Below, piece by piece: positions 26,601 to 41,975 of a stretch of DNA of 64,000 nucleotides. A program made the position numbers and the translations under genes. The stretch spans positions 18,724,001 through 18,788,000 of the forward strand of contig OZ024764.1 of assembly GCA_964016885.1 (NCBI GenBank), in the 5' to 3' direction. Each line of letters starts with the position of its first letter. Position 1 is the first letter of the stretch. The stretch comes from Eledone cirrhosa (Eukaryota). The notes under the pieces are model-generated. The model had not been told where the DNA came from. It saw only the letters and a program-made list of their open reading frames with translations, and searched no databases.

Positions 26601-29600
26601 ACAAAAAGTACCCAGACCACACTGTAATGTGGTCATGCAGGTTTCACAACAAAAAGTACCCAGTCCACACTGTAATCTGGTCATATAGGTGTCACAACAA
26701 AAAGTACCCAGTCCACACTGTAAAGTGGTCATGTAGGTGTCACAACAAAAGTACCCAGTCCACACTGTAAAGTGGACATGTAGGTGTCATGACAAAAAGT
26801 ACCCAGTCCACACTGTAAAGTGGTCATGTAGGTGTCACAACAAAAAGTACCAAGTCCACACTGTAAAGTCGTAATGTAGGTGTCACAACAAAAAGTACCC
26901 AGTCCACACTGTAAAGTGGTCATGTAGGTGTCACAACAAAAAGTACCCAGTCCACACTGTAAAGTGATCATGTAGGTGTCACAACAAAATATACCCAGTC
27001 CACACTGTAAAGTGGTCATGTAGGTGTCACAACAAAAAGTACCCAGTCCACACTCTAAAGTGGTCATGTAGGTGTCACAACAAAAAGTACCCAGTCCACA
27101 CTGTAAAGTGGTCATGTAGGTGTCACAACAAAAAGTACCCAGTCCACCCTGTAAAGTGGTCATATAGGTGTCACAACAAAAAGTACCCAGTCCACCCTGA
27201 AAATGGGTATTGTTTGTGTCACAACAAAAAGTACCCAGTCCACACTGTAAAGTGGTCATGTATGTGTCACAACAAAAATTACCCAATCCACACTTTAAAG
27301 TGGTCATGTAGGTGTCACAACAAAAAGTACCCAATCCACACTGTAAAGAGGTCATGTTGGTGTCACAACAAAACGTACCCAGTCCACACTGTAAAGTGGT
27401 CATGTAGGTGTCACAACAAAAAGTACCCAGTCCACACTGTAAAGTGGTCATGTAGGTGTCACAACAAAAAGTACCCAGTCCACACTGTAAGGTGGTCATG
27501 TAGGTGTCACAACAAAATATACCCAGTCCACACTGTAAAGTGGTCATGTAGGTGTCACAACAAAAAGTACCCAGTCCACACTGTAAAGTGGTCATGTAGG
27601 TGTCACAACAAAAAGTACCCAATCCACACTGTAAAGTGGTCATGTAGGTGTCACAACAAAAAGTACGCAGTCCACCCTGTAAAGTGGTCATATATGTGTC
27701 ACAACAAAAAGTACCCAGTCCACCCTGTAAAGTGGTCATGTATGTGTCACAACAAAAAGTACCCAGTCCACACTGTAAAGTGGTCATGTATGTGTCACAA
27801 CAAAAAGTACCCAGTCCACACTGTAAAGTGGTCATGTATGTGTCACAACAAAAAGTACACAGTCCACACTGTAATGTGGTCATGTATGTGTCACAACAAA
27901 AATTACCCAATCCACACTTTAAAGTGGTCATGTAGGTGTCACAACAAAACGTACCCAATCCACACTGTAAAGAGGTCATGTTGGTGTCACAACAAAACGT
28001 ACCCAGTCCACACTGTAAAGTGGTCATGTAGGTGTCACAACAAAAAGTACCCAGTCCACACTGTAAAGTGGTCATGTAGGTGTCACAACAAAAAGTACCC
28101 AGTCCACACTGTAAGGTGGTCATGTAGGTGTCACAACAAAATATACCCAGTCCACACTGTAAAGTGGTCATGTAGGTGTCACAACAAAAAGTACCCAGTC
28201 CACACTGTAACGTGGTCATGTAGGTGTCACAACAAAAAGTACCCAATCCACACTGTAAAGTGGTCATGTAGGTGTCACAACAAAAAGTACGCAGTCCACC
28301 CTGTAAAGTGGTCATATATGTGTCACAACAAAAAGTACCCAGTCCACCCTGTAAAGTGGTCATGTATGTGTCACAACAAAAAGTACCCAGTCCACACTGT
28401 AAAGTGGTCATGTATGTGTCACAACAAAAAGTACCCAGTCCACACTGTAAAGTGGTCATGTATGTGTCACAACAAAAAGTACACAGTCCACACTGTAATG
28501 TGGTCATGTATGTGTCACAACAAAAATTACCCAATCCACACTTTAAAGTGGTCATGTAGGTGTCACAACAAAAAGTACCCAATCCACACTGTAAAGAGGT
28601 CATGTTGGTGTCACAACAAAAAGTACCCAGTCCACACTGTAAAGTGGTCATGTAGGTGTCACAACAAAAAGTACCCAGTCTACACTGTAAAGTGGTCATG
28701 TAGGTGTCACAACAAAAAGTACCCAGTCCACACTGTAAAGTGGTCATGTAGGTGTCACAACAAAAAGTACCCAGTCCACACTGTAAGGTGGTCATGTAGG
28801 TGTCACAACAAAATATACCCAGTCCACACTGTAAAGTGGTCATGTAGGTGTCACAACAAAAAGTACCCAGTCCACACTGTAAAGTGGTCATGTAGGTGTC
28901 ACAACAAAAAGTACCCAATCCACACTGTAAAGTGTTCATGTAGGTGTCACAACAAAAAGTACCCAGTCCACCCTGTAAAGTGGTCATATATGTGTCACAA
29001 CAAAAAGTACCCAGTCCACCCTGTAAAGTGGTCATGTATGTGTCACAACAAAAAGTACCCAGTCCACACTGTAAAGTGGTCATGTATGTGTCACAACAAA
29101 AAGTACCCAGTCCACACTGTAAAGTGGTCATATATGTGTCACAACAAAAAGTACCCAGTCCACACTGTAAAGTGGTCATGTAGGTGTCACAACAAAAAGT
29201 ACCCAGTCCACACTGTAAAGTGGTCATGTAGGTGTCACAACAAAAAGTACCCAGTCCACACTGTAAAGTGGTCATGTAGGTGTCACAACAAAATATACCC
29301 AGTCCACACTGTAAAGTGGTCATGTAGGTGTCACAACAAAAAGTACCCAGTCCATACTTTAAAGTGGTCATGTAGGTGTCACAACAAAAAGTACCCAGTC
29401 CACACTGTAATGTGGTCATGCAGGTTTCACACCAAAAAGTACCCAGTCCACACTGTAATGTGGTCATATAGGTGTCACAACAAAAAGTACCCAGTCCACA
29501 CTGTAAAGTGGACATGTAGGTGTCATGACAAAAAGTACCCAGTCCACACTGTAAAGTGGTCATGTAGGTGTCACAACAAAAAGTAACCAGTCCACACTGT

Positions 29601-32600
29601 AAAGTGGTCATGTAGGTGTCACAACAAAAAGTACCCAGTCCACACTGTAAAGTGGTCATGTAGGTGTCACAACAAAAAGTACCCAGTCCACACTGTAAAG
29701 TGGTCATGTAGGTGTCACAACAAAATATACCCAGTCCACACTGTAAAGTGGTCATGTAGGTGTCACAACAAAAAGTACCCAGTCCACACTGTAAAGTGGT
29801 CATGTAGGTGTCACAACAAAAAGTACCCAGTCCACACTGTAAAGTAGTCATGTAGGTGTCACAACAAAAAGTACCCAGTCCACCCTGTAAAGTGGTCATA
29901 TATGTGTCACAACAAAAAGTACCCAGTCCACCCTGTAAAGTGGTCATGTATGTGTCACAACAAAAAGTACCCAATCCACACTGTAAAGTGGTCATGTAGG
30001 TGTCACAACAAAATATACCCAGTCCACACTGTAAAGTGGTCATGTAGGTGTCACAACAAAAAGTACCCAGTCCACACTGTAAAGTGGTCATGTAGGTGTC
30101 ACAACAAAAAGTACCCAGTCCACACTGTAAAGTGGTCCTGTAGGTGTCACAACAAAAAGTACCCAGTCCACCCTGTAAAGTGGTCATATATGTGTCACAA
30201 CAAAAAGTACCCAGTCCACCCTGTAAAGTGGTCATGTATGTGTCACAACAAAAAGTACCCAGTCCACACTGTAAAGTGGTCATGTAGGTGTCACAACAAA
30301 AAGTACCCAGTCCACACTGTAAAGTGGACATGTAGGTGTCATGACAAAAAGTACCCAGTCCACACTGTAAAGTGGTCATGTAGGTGTCACAACAAAAGTA
30401 CCCAGTCCACACTGTAAAGTGGTCATGTAGGTGTCACCACAAAAAGTACCCAGTCCACACTGTAAAGTGGTCACGTAGGTGTCACAACAAAAAGTACCCA
30501 GTCCACCCTGTAAAGTGGTCATATAGGTGTCACAACAAAAAGTACCCAGTCCACCCTGTAAAGTGGTCATGTATGTGTCACAACAAAAAGTACCCAGTCC
30601 ACACTGTAAAGTGGTCATGTATGTGTCACAACAAAAAGTACCCAGTCCACACTTTAAAGTTGTCATGTAGGTGTCACAACAAAAAGTACCCAGTCCACAC
30701 TGTAATGTGGTCATGCAGATTTCACACCAAAAAGTACCCAGTCCACACTGTAATGTGGTCATATAGGTGTCACAACAAAAAGTACCCAGTCCACACTGTA
30801 AAGTGGTCATGTAGGTGTCACAACAAAAAGTACCCAGTCCACACTGTCAAGTGGTCATGTAGGTGTCACAACAAAAAGTACCTAGTCCACACTGTAAAGT
30901 GGTCATGTAGCTGTCACAACAAAAAGTACCCAGACCACACTGTAATGTGGTCATGCAGGTTTCACAACAAAAAGTACCCAGTCCACACTGTAATCTGGTC
31001 ATATAGGTGTCACAACAAAAAGTACCCAGTCCACGCTGTAAAGTGGTCATGTAGGTGTCACAACAAAAAGTACCCAGTCCACACTGTAAAGTGGACATGT
31101 AGGTGTCATGACAAAAAGTACCCAGTCCACACTGTAAAGTGGTCATGTAGGTGTCAGAACAAAAAGTACACAGTCCACACTGTAAAGTGGTCATGTAGGT
31201 GTCACAACAAAAAGTACCCAGTCCACACTGTAAAGTGGTCATGTAGGTGTCACAACAAAAATTACCCAGTCCACACTGTAAAGTGATCATGTAGGTGTCA
31301 CAACAAAATATACCCAGTCCACACTGTAAAGTGGTCATGTAGGTGTCACAACAAAAAGTACCCAGTCCACACTGTAAAGTGGTCATGTAGGTGTCACAAC
31401 AAAAAGTACCCAGTCCACACTGTAAAGTGGTCATGTAGGTGTCACAACAAAAAGTACCCAGTCCACCCTGTAAAGTGGTCATATAGGTGTCACAACAAAA
31501 AGTACCCAGTCCACCCTGAAAATGGGTATTGTTTGTGTCACAACAAAAAGTACCCAGTCCACACTGTAAAGTGGTCATGTATGTGTCACAACAAAAATTA
31601 CCCAATCCACACTTTAAAGTGGTCATGTAGGTGTCACAACAAAAAGTACCCAATCCACAATGTAAAGAGGTCATGTGGGTGTCACAACAAAACGTACCCA
31701 GTCCACACTGTAAAGTGGTCATGTAGGTGTCACAACAAAAAGTACCCAGTCCACACTGTAAAGTGGTCATGTAGGTGTCACAACAAAAAGTACCCAGTCC
31801 ACACTGTAAAGTGATCATGTAGGTGTCACAACAAAATATACCCAGTCCACACTGTAAAGTGGTCATGTAGGTGTCACAACAAAAAGTACCCAGTCCACAC
31901 TGTAAAGTGGTCATGTAGGTGTCACAACAAAAAGTACCCAGTCCACACTGTAAAGTGGTCATGTAGGTGTCACAACAAAAAGTACCCAGTCCACCCTGAA
32001 AATGGGTATTGTTTGTGTCACAACAAAAAGTACCCAGTCCACACTGTAAAGTGGTCATGTATGTGTCACAACAAAAATTACCCAATCCACACTTTAAAGT
32101 GGTCATGTAGGTGTCACAACAAAAAGTACCCAATCCACACTGTAAAGAGGTCATGTTGGTGTCACAACAAAAAGTACCCAGTCCACACTGTAAAGTGGTC
32201 ATGTAGGTGTCACAACAAAAAGTACCCAGTCCACACTGTAAAGTGGTCATGTAGGTGTCACAACAAAAAGTACCCATCCACACTGTAAAGTGGTCATGTA
32301 GGTGTCACAACAAAAAGTACCCAGTCCACACTGTAAGGTGGTCATGTAGGTGTCACAACAAAATATGCCCAGTCCACACTGTAAAGTGGTCATGTAGGTG
32401 TCACAACAAAAAGTACCCAGTCCACCCTGTAAAGTGGTCATATATGTGTTACACCAAAAAGTACCCAGTCCACCCTGTAAAGTGGTCATGTATGTGTCAC
32501 AACAAAAAGTACCCAGTCCACACTGTAAAGTGGTCATGTATGTGTCACAACAAAAAGTACCCAGTCCACACTGTAAAGTGGTCATGTATGTGTCACAACA

Positions 32601-33149
32601 AAAAGTACCCAGTCCACACTTTAAAGTTGTCATGTAGGTGTCACAACAAAAAGTACCCAGTCCACACTGTAATGTGGTCATGCAGGTTTCACACCAAAAA
32701 GTACCCAGTCCACACTGTAATGTGGTCATATAGGTGTCACAACAAAAAGTACCCAGTCCACACTGTAAAGTGGTCATGTAGGTGTCACAACAAAAAGTAC
32801 CCAGTCCACAGTGTCAAGTGGCCATGTAGGTGTCACAACAAAAAGTACCCAGTCCACACTGTAAAGTGGTCATGTAGGTGTCACAACAAAAATACCCAGT
32901 CCACACTGTAAAGTGGTCATATAGGTGTCACAACAAAAAGTACCCAGTCCACCCTGTAAAGTGGTCATGTATGTGTCACAACAAAAAGTACCCAGTCCAC
33001 ACTGTAAAGTGGTCATGTATGTGTCACAACAAAAAGTACCCAGTCCACACTTTAAAGTTGTCATGTAGGTGTCACAACAAAAAGTACCCAGTCCACACTG
33101 TAATGTGGTCATGCAGGTTTCACACCAAAAATACCCAGTCCACACTGTA

Positions 33150-36100
33150 ATGTGGTCATGTATGTGTCACAACAAAAATTACCCAATCCACACTTTAAAG
33201 TGGTCATGTAGGTGTCACAACAAAAAGTACCCAATCCACACTGTAAAGAGGTCATGTTGGTGTCACAACAAAAAGTACCCAGTCCACACTGTAAAGTGGT
33301 CATGTAGGTGTCACAACAAAAAGTACCCAGTCCACACTGTAAAGTGGTCATGTAGGTGTCACAACAAAAAGTACCCAGTCCACACTGTAAAGTGGTCATG
33401 TAGGTGTCACAACAAAAAGTACCCAGTCCACACTGTAAGGTGGTCATGTAGGTGTCACAACAAAATATACCCAGTCCACACTGTAAAGTGGTCATGTAGG
33501 TGTCACAACAAAAAGTACCCAGTCCACACTGTAAAGTGGTCATGTAGGTGTCACAACAAAAAGTACCCAATCCACACTGTAAAGTGGTCATGTAGGTGTC
33601 ACAACAAAATATGCCCAGTCCACACTGTAAAGTGGTCATGTAGGTGTCACAACAAAAAGTACCCAGTCCACCCTGTAAAGTGGTCATATATGTGTTACAC
33701 CAAAAAGTACCCAGTCCACCCTGTAAAGTGGTCATGTATGTGTCACAACAAAAAGTACCCAGTCCACACTGTAAAGTGGTCATGTATGTGTCACAACAAA
33801 AAGTACCCAGTCCACACTTTAAAGTTGTCATGTAGGTGTCACAACAAAAAGTACCCAGTCCACACTGTAATGTGGTCATGCAGGTTTCACACCAAAAAGT
33901 ACCCAGTCCACACTGTAATGTGGTCATATAGGTGTCACAACAAAAAGTACCCAGTCCACACTGTAAAGTGGTCATGTAGGTGTCACAACAAAAAGTACCC
34001 AGTCCACACTGTCAAGTGGCCATGTAGGTGTCACAACAAAAAGTACCCAGTCCACACTGTAAAGTGGTCATGTAGGTGTCACAACAAAAATACCCAGTCC
34101 ACACTGTAAAGTGGTCATATAGGTGTCACAACAAAAAGTACCCAGTCCACCCTGTAAAGTGGTCATGTATGTGTCACAACAAAAAGTACCCAGTCCACAC
34201 TGTAAAGTGGTCATGTATGTTTCACAACAAAAAGTACCCAGTCCACACTTTAAAGTTGTCATGTAGGTGTCACAACAAAAAGTACCCAGTCCACACTGTA
34301 ATGTGGTCATGCAGGTTTCACACCAAAAAGTACCCAGTCCACACTGTAATGTGGTCATGTATGTGTCACAACAAAAATTACCCAATCCACACTTTAAAGT
34401 GGTCATGTAGGTGTCACAACAAAAAGTACCCAATCCACACTGTAAAGAGGTCATGTTGGTGTCACAACAAAAAGTACCCAGTCCACACTGTAAAGTGGTC
34501 ATGTAGGTGTCACAACAAAAAGTACCCAGTCCACACTGTAAAGTGGTCATGTAGGTGTCACAACAAAAAGTACCCAGTCCACACTGTAAAGTGGTCATGT
34601 ATGTGTCACAACAAAAAGTACCCAGTCCACACTTTAAAGTTGTCATGTAGGTGTCACAACAAAAAGTACCCAGTCCACACTGTAATGTGGTCATGCAGGT
34701 TTCACACCAAAAAGTACCCAGTCCACACTGTAATGTGGTCATGTATGTGTCACAACAAAAATTACCCAATCCACACTTTAAAGTGGTCATGTAGGTGTCA
34801 CAACAAAAAGTACCCAATCCACACTGTAAAGAGGTCATGTTGGTGTCACAACAAAAAGTACCCAGTCCACACTGTAAAGTGGTCATGTAGGTGTCACAAC
34901 AAAAAGTACCCAGTCCACACTGTAAAGTGGTCATGTAGGTGTCACAACAAAAAGTACCCAGTCCACACTGTAAAGTGGTCATGTAGGTGTCACAACAAAA
35001 AGTACCCAGTCCACACTGTAAGGTGGTCATGTAGGTGTCACAACAAAATATACCCAGTCCACACTGTAAAGTGGTCATGTAGGTGTCACAACAAAAAGTA
35101 CCCAGTCCACACTGTAAAGTGGTCATGTAGGTGTCACAACAAAAAGTACCCAATCCACACTGTAAAGTGGTCATGTAGGTGTCACAACAAAAAGTACCCA
35201 GTCCACCCTGTAAAGTGGTCATATATGTGTCACAACAAAAAGTACCCAGTCCACCCTGTAAAGTGGTCATGTATGTGTCACAACAAAAAGTACCCAGTCC
35301 ACACTGTAAAGTGGTCATGTATGTGTCACAACAAAAAGTACCCAGTCCACACTGTAAAGTGGTCATATATGTGTCACAACAAAAAGTACCCAGTCCACAC
35401 TGTAAAGTGGTCATGTAGGTGTCACAACAAAAAGTACCCAGTCCACACTGTAAAGTGGTCATGTAGGTGTCACAACAAAAAGTACCCAGTCCACACTGTA
35501 AAGTGGTCATGTAGGTGTAACAACAAAATATACCCAGTCCACACTGTAAAGTGGTCATGTAGGTGTCACAACAAAAAGTACCCAGTCCACACTTTAAAGT
35601 GGTCATGTAGGTGTCACAACAAAAAGTACCCAGTCCACACTGTAATGTGGTCATGCAGGTTTCACACCAAAAAGTACCCAGTCCACACTGTAATGTGGTC
35701 ATATAGGTGTCACAACAAAAAGTACCCAGTCCTCACTGTAAAGTGGACATGTAGGTGTCATGACAAAAAGTACCCAGTCCACACTGTAAAGTGGTCATGT
35801 AGGTGTCACAACAAAAAGTAACCAGTCCACACTGTAAAGTGGTCATGTAGGTGTCACAACAAAAAGTACCCAGTCCACACTGTAAAGTGGTCATGTAGGT
35901 GTCACAACAAAAAGTACCCAGTCCACACTGTAAAGTGGTCATGTAGGTGTCACAACAAAATATACCCAGTCCACACTGTAAAGTGGTCATGTAGGTGTCA
36001 CAACAAAAAGTACCCAGTCCACACTGTAAAGTGGTCATGTAGGTGTCACAACAAAAAGTACCCAGTCCACACTGTAAAGTGGTCCTGTAGGTGTCACAAC

Positions 36101-39100
36101 AAAAAGTACCCAGTCCACCCTGTAAAGTGGTCATATATGTGTCACAACAAAAAGTACCCAGTCCACCCTGTAAAGTGGTCATGTATGTGTCACAACAAAA
36201 AGTACCCAGTCCACACTGTAAAGTGGTCATGTAGGTGTCACAACAAAAAGTACCCAGTCCACACTGTAAAGTGGTCAAGTAGGTGTCACAACAAAAAGTA
36301 CCCAGTCCACACTGTAAAGTGGACATGTAGGTGTCATGACAAAAAGTACCCAGTCCACACTGTAAAGTGGTCATGTAGGTGTCACAACAAAAGTACCCAG
36401 TCCACACTGTAAAGTGGTCATGTAGGTGTCACCACAAAAAGTACCCAGTCCACACTGTAAAGTGGTCACGTAGGTGTCACAACAAAAAGTACCCAGTCCA
36501 CCCTGTAAAGTGGTCATATAGGTGTCACAACAAAAAGTACCCAGTCCACCCTGTAAAGTGGTCATGTATGTGTCACAACAAAAAGTACCCAGTCCACACT
36601 GTAAAGTGGTCATGTATGTGTCACAACAAAAAGTACCCAGTCCACACTTTAAAGTTGTCATGTAGGTGTCACAACAAAAAGTACCCAGTCCACACTGTAA
36701 TGTGGTCATGCAGATTTCACACCAAAAAGTACCCAGTCCACACTGTAATGTGGTCATATAGGTGTCACAACAAAAAGTACCCAGTCCACACTGTAAAGTG
36801 GTCATGTAGGTGTCACAACAAAAAGTACCCAGTCCACACTGTCAAGTGGTCATGTAGGTGTCACAACAAAAAGTACCTAGTCCACACTGTAAAGTGGTCA
36901 TGTAGCTGTCACAACAAAAAGTACCCAGACCACACTGTAATGTGGTCATGCAGGTTTCACAACAAAAAGTACCCAGTCCACACTGTAATCTGGTCATATA
37001 GGTGTCACAACAAAAAGTACCCAGTCCACACTGTAAAGTGGTCATGTAGGTGTCACAACAAAAGTACCCAGTCCACACTGTAAAGTGGACATGTAGGTGT
37101 CATGACAAAAAGTACCCAGTCCACACTGTAAAGTGGTCATGTAGGTGTCACAACAAAAAGTACACAGTCCACACTGTAAAGTGGTCATGTAGGTGTCACA
37201 ACAAAAAGTACCCAGTCCACACTGTAAAGTGGTCATGTAGGTGTCACAACAAAAAGTACCCAGTCCACACTGTAAAGTGATCATGTAGGTGTCACAACAA
37301 AATATACCCAGTCCACACTGTAAAGTGGTCATGTAGGTGTCACAACAAAAAGTACCCAGTCCACACTGTAAAGTGGTCATGTAGGTGTCACAACAAAAAG
37401 TACCCAGTCCACACTGTAAAGTGGTCATGTAGGTGTCACAACAAAAAGTACCCAGTCCACCCTGTAAAGTGGTCATATAGGTGTCACAACAAAAAGTACC
37501 CAGTCCACCCTGAAAATGGGTATTGTTTGTGTCACAACAAAAAGTACCCAGTCCACACTGTAATGTGGTCATGTATGTGTCACAACAAAAATTACCCAAT
37601 CCACACTTTAAAGTGGTCATGTAGGTGTCACAACAAAAAGTACCCAATCCACACTGTAAAGAGGTCATGTTGGTGTCACAACAAAAAGTACCCAGTCCAC
37701 ACTGTAAAGTGGTCATGTAGGTGTCACAACAAAAAGTACCCAGTCCACACTGTAAAGTGGTCATGTAGGTGTCACAACAAAAAGTACCCAGTCCACACTG
37801 TAAAGTGGTCATGTAGGTGTCACAACAAAAAGTACCCAGTCCACACTGTAAGGTGGTCATGTAGGTGTCACAACAAAATATACCCAGTCCACACTGTAAA
37901 GTGGTCATGTAGGTGTCACAACAAAAAGTACCCAGTCCACACTGTAAAGTGGTCATGTAGGTGTCACAACAAAAAGTACCCAATCCACACTGTAAAGTGG
38001 TCATGTAGGTGTCACAACAAAATATGCCCAGTCCACACTGTAAAGTGGTCATGTAGGTGTCACAACAAAAAGTACCCAGTCCACCCTGTAAAGTGGTCAT
38101 ATATGTGTTACACCAAAAAGTACCCAGTCCACCCTGTAAAGTGGTCATGTATGTGTCACAACAAAAAGTACCCAGTCCACACTGTAAAGTGGTCATGTAT
38201 GTGTCACAACAAAAAGTACCCAGTCCACACTTTAAAGTTGTCATGTAGGTGTCACAACAAAAAGTACCCAGTCCACACTGTAATGTGGTCATGCAGGTTT
38301 CACACCAAAAAGTACCCAGTCCACACTGTAATGTGGTCATATAGGTGTCACAACAAAAAGTACCCAGTCCACACTGTAAAGTGGTCATGTAGGTGTCACA
38401 ACAAAAAGTACCCAGTCCACACTGTCAAGTGGCCATGTAGGTGTCACAACAAAAAGTACCCAGTCCACACTGTAAAGTGGTCATGTAGGTGTCACAACAA
38501 AAATACCCAGTCCACACTGTAAAGTGGTCATATAGGTGTCACAACAAAAAGTACCCAGTCCACCCTGTAAAGTGGTCATGTATGTGTCACAACAAAAAGT
38601 ACCCAGTCCACACTGTAAAGTGGTCATGTATGTTTCACAACAAAAAGTACCCAGTCCACACTTTAAAGTTGTCATGTAGGTGTCACAACAAAAAGTACCC
38701 AGTCCACACTGTAATGTGGTCATGCAGGTTTCACACCAAAAAGTACCCAGTCCACACTGTAATGTGGTCATGTATGTGTCACAACAAAAATTACCCAATC
38801 CACACTTTAAAGTGGTCATGTAGGTGTCACAACAAAAAGTACCCAATCCACACTGTAAAGAGGTCATGTTGGTGTCACAACAAAAAGTACCCAGTCCACA
38901 CTGTAAAGTGGTCATGTAGGTGTCACAACAAAAAGTACCCAGTCCACACTGTAAAGTGGTCATGTAGGTGTCACAACAAAAAGTACCCAGTCCACACTGT
39001 AAAGTGGTCATGTATGTGTCACAACAAAAAGTACCCAGTCCACACTTTAAAGTTGTCATGTAGGTGTCACAACAAAAAGTACCCAGTCCACACTGTAATG

Positions 39101-41975
39101 TGGTCATGCAGGTTTCACACCAAAAAGTACCCAGTCCACACTGTAATGTGGTCATGTATGTGTCACAACAAAAATTACCCAATCCACACTTTAAAGTGGT
39201 CATGTAGGTGTCACAACAAAAAGTACCCAATCCACACTGTAAAGAGGTCATGTTGGTGTCACAACAAAAAGTACCCAGTCCACACTGTAAAGTGGTCATG
39301 TAGGTGTCACAACAAAAAGTACCCAGTCCACACTGTAAAGTGGTCATGTAGGTGTCACAACAAAAAGTACCCAGTCCACACTGTAAAGTGGTCATGTAGG
39401 TGTCACAACAAAAAGTACCCAGTCCACACTGTAAGGTGGTCATGTAGGTGTCACAACAAAATATACCCAGTCCACACTGTAAAGTGGTCATGTAGGTGTC
39501 ACAACAAAAAGTACCCAGTCCACACTGTAAAGTGGTCATGTAGGTGTCACAACAAAAAGTACCCAATCCACACTGTAAAGTGGTCATGTAGGTGTCACAA
39601 CAAAAAGTACCCAGTCCACCCTGTAAAGTGGTCATATATGTGTCACAACAAAAAGTACCCAGTCCACCCTGTAAAGTGGTCATGTATGTGTCACAACAAA
39701 AAGTACCCAGTCCACACTGTAAAGTGGTCATGTATGTGTCACAACAAAAAGTACCCAGTCCACACTGTAAAGTGGTCATATATGTGTCACAACAAAAAGT
39801 ACCCAGTCCACACTGTAAAGTGGTCATGTAGGTGTCACAACAAAAAGTACCCAGTCCACACTGTAAAGTGGTCATGTAGGTGTCACAACAAAAAGTACCC
39901 AGTCCACACTGTAAAGTGGTCATGTAGGTGTAACAACAAAATATACCCAGTCCACACTGTAAAGTGGTCATGTAGGTGTCACAACAAAAAGTACCCAGTC
40001 CACACTTTAAAGTGGTCATGTAGGTGTCACAACAAAAAGTACCCAGTCCACACTGTAATGTGGTCATGCAGGTTTCACACCAAAAAGTACCCAGTCCACA
40101 CTGTAATGTGGTCATATAGGTGTCACAACAAAAAGTACCCAGTCCTCACTGTAAAGTGGACATGTAGGTGTCATGACAAAAAGTACCCAGTCCACACTGT
40201 AAAGTGGTCATGTAGGTGTCACAACAAAAAGTAACCAGTCCACACTGTAAAGTGGTCATGTAGGTGTCACAACAAAAAGTACCCAGTCCACACTGTAAAG
40301 TGGTCATGTAGGTGTCACAACAAAAAGTACCCAGTCCACACTGTAAAGTGGTCATGTAGGTGTCACAACAAAATATACCCAGTCCACACTGTAAAGTGGT
40401 CATGTAGGTGTCACAACAAAAAGTACCCAGTCCACACTGTAAAGTGGTCATGTAGGTGTCACAACAAAAAGTACCCAGTCCACACTGTAAAGTGGTCCTG
40501 TAGGTGTCACAACAAAAAGTACCCAGTCCACCCTGTAAAGTGGTCATATATGTGTCACAACAAAAAGTACCCAGTCCACCCTGTAAAGTGGTCATGTATG
40601 TGTCACAACAAAAAGTACCCAGTCCACACTGTAAAGTGGTCATGTAGGTGTCACAACAAAAAGTACCCAGTCCACACTGTAAAGTGGTCAAGTAGGTGTC
40701 ACAACAAAAAGTACCCAGTCCACACTGTAAAGTGGACATGTAGGTGTCATGACAAAAAGTACCCAGTCCACACTGTAAAGTGGTCATGTAGGTGTCACAA
40801 CAAAAGTACCCAGTCCACACTGTAAAGTGGTCATGTAGGTGTCACCACAAAAAGTACCCAGTCCACACTGTAAAGTGGTCACGTAGGTGTCACAACAAAA
40901 AGTACCCAGTCCACCCTGTAAAGTGGTCATATAGGTGTCACAACAAAAAGTACCCAGTCCACCCTGTAAAGTGGTCATGTATGTGTCACAACAAAAAGTA
41001 CCCAGTCCACACTGTAAAGTGGTCATGTATGTGTCACAACAAAAAGTACCCAGTCCACACTTTAAAGTTGTCATGTAGGTGTCACAACAAAAAGTACCCA
41101 GTCCACACTGTAATGTGGTCATGCAGATTTCACACCAAAAAGTACCCAGTCCACACTGTAATGTGGTCATATAGGTGTCACAACAAAAAGTACCCAGTCC
41201 ACACTGTAAAGTGGTCATGTAGGTGTCACAACAAAAAGTACCCAGTCCACACTGTCAAGTGGTCATGTAGGTGTCACAACAAAAAGTACCTAGTCCACAC
41301 TGTAAAGTGGTCATGTAGCTGTCACAACAAAAAGTACCCAGACCACACTGTAATGTGGTCATGCAGGTTTCACAACAAAAAGTACCCAGTCCACACTGTA
41401 ATCTGGTCATATAGGTGTCACAACAAAAAGTACCCAGTCCACACTGTAAAGTGGTCATGTAGGTGTCACAACAAAAGTACCCAGTCCACACTGTAAAGTG
41501 GACATGTAGGTGTCATGACAAAAAGTACCCAGTCCACACTGTAAAGTGGTCATGTAGGTGTCACAACAAAAAGTACACAGTCCACACTGTAAAGTGGTCA
41601 TGTAGGTGTCACAACAAAAAGTACCCAGTCCACACTGTAAAGTGGTCATGTAGGTGTCACAACAAAAAGTACCCAGTCCACACTGTAAAGTGATCATGTA
41701 GGTGTCACAACAAAATATACCCAGTCCACACTGTAAAGTGGTCATGTAGGTGTCACAACAAAAAGTACCCAGTCCACACTGTAAAGTGGTCATGTAGGTG
41801 TCACAACAAAAAGTACCCAGTCCACACTGTAAAGTGGTCATGTAGGTGTCACAACAAAAAGTACCCAGTCCACCCTGTAAAGTGGTCATATAGGTGTCAC
41901 AACAAAAAGTACCCAGTCCACCCTGAAAATGGGTATTGTTTGTGTCACAACAAAAAGTACCCAGTCCACACTGTA
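33150..41975. repeat. 92-mer (4,413 bp) tandem duplication specific to copy B
   Basis: ORF pairs 34068/38481, 35733/40146, 36371/40784 and 37042/41455 are offset by 4,413 (92x48 minus 3). Both units carry the TATGTTTCAC variant (34221, 38634), which is absent from the copy A paralog at 11051. Confidence 0.9.
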
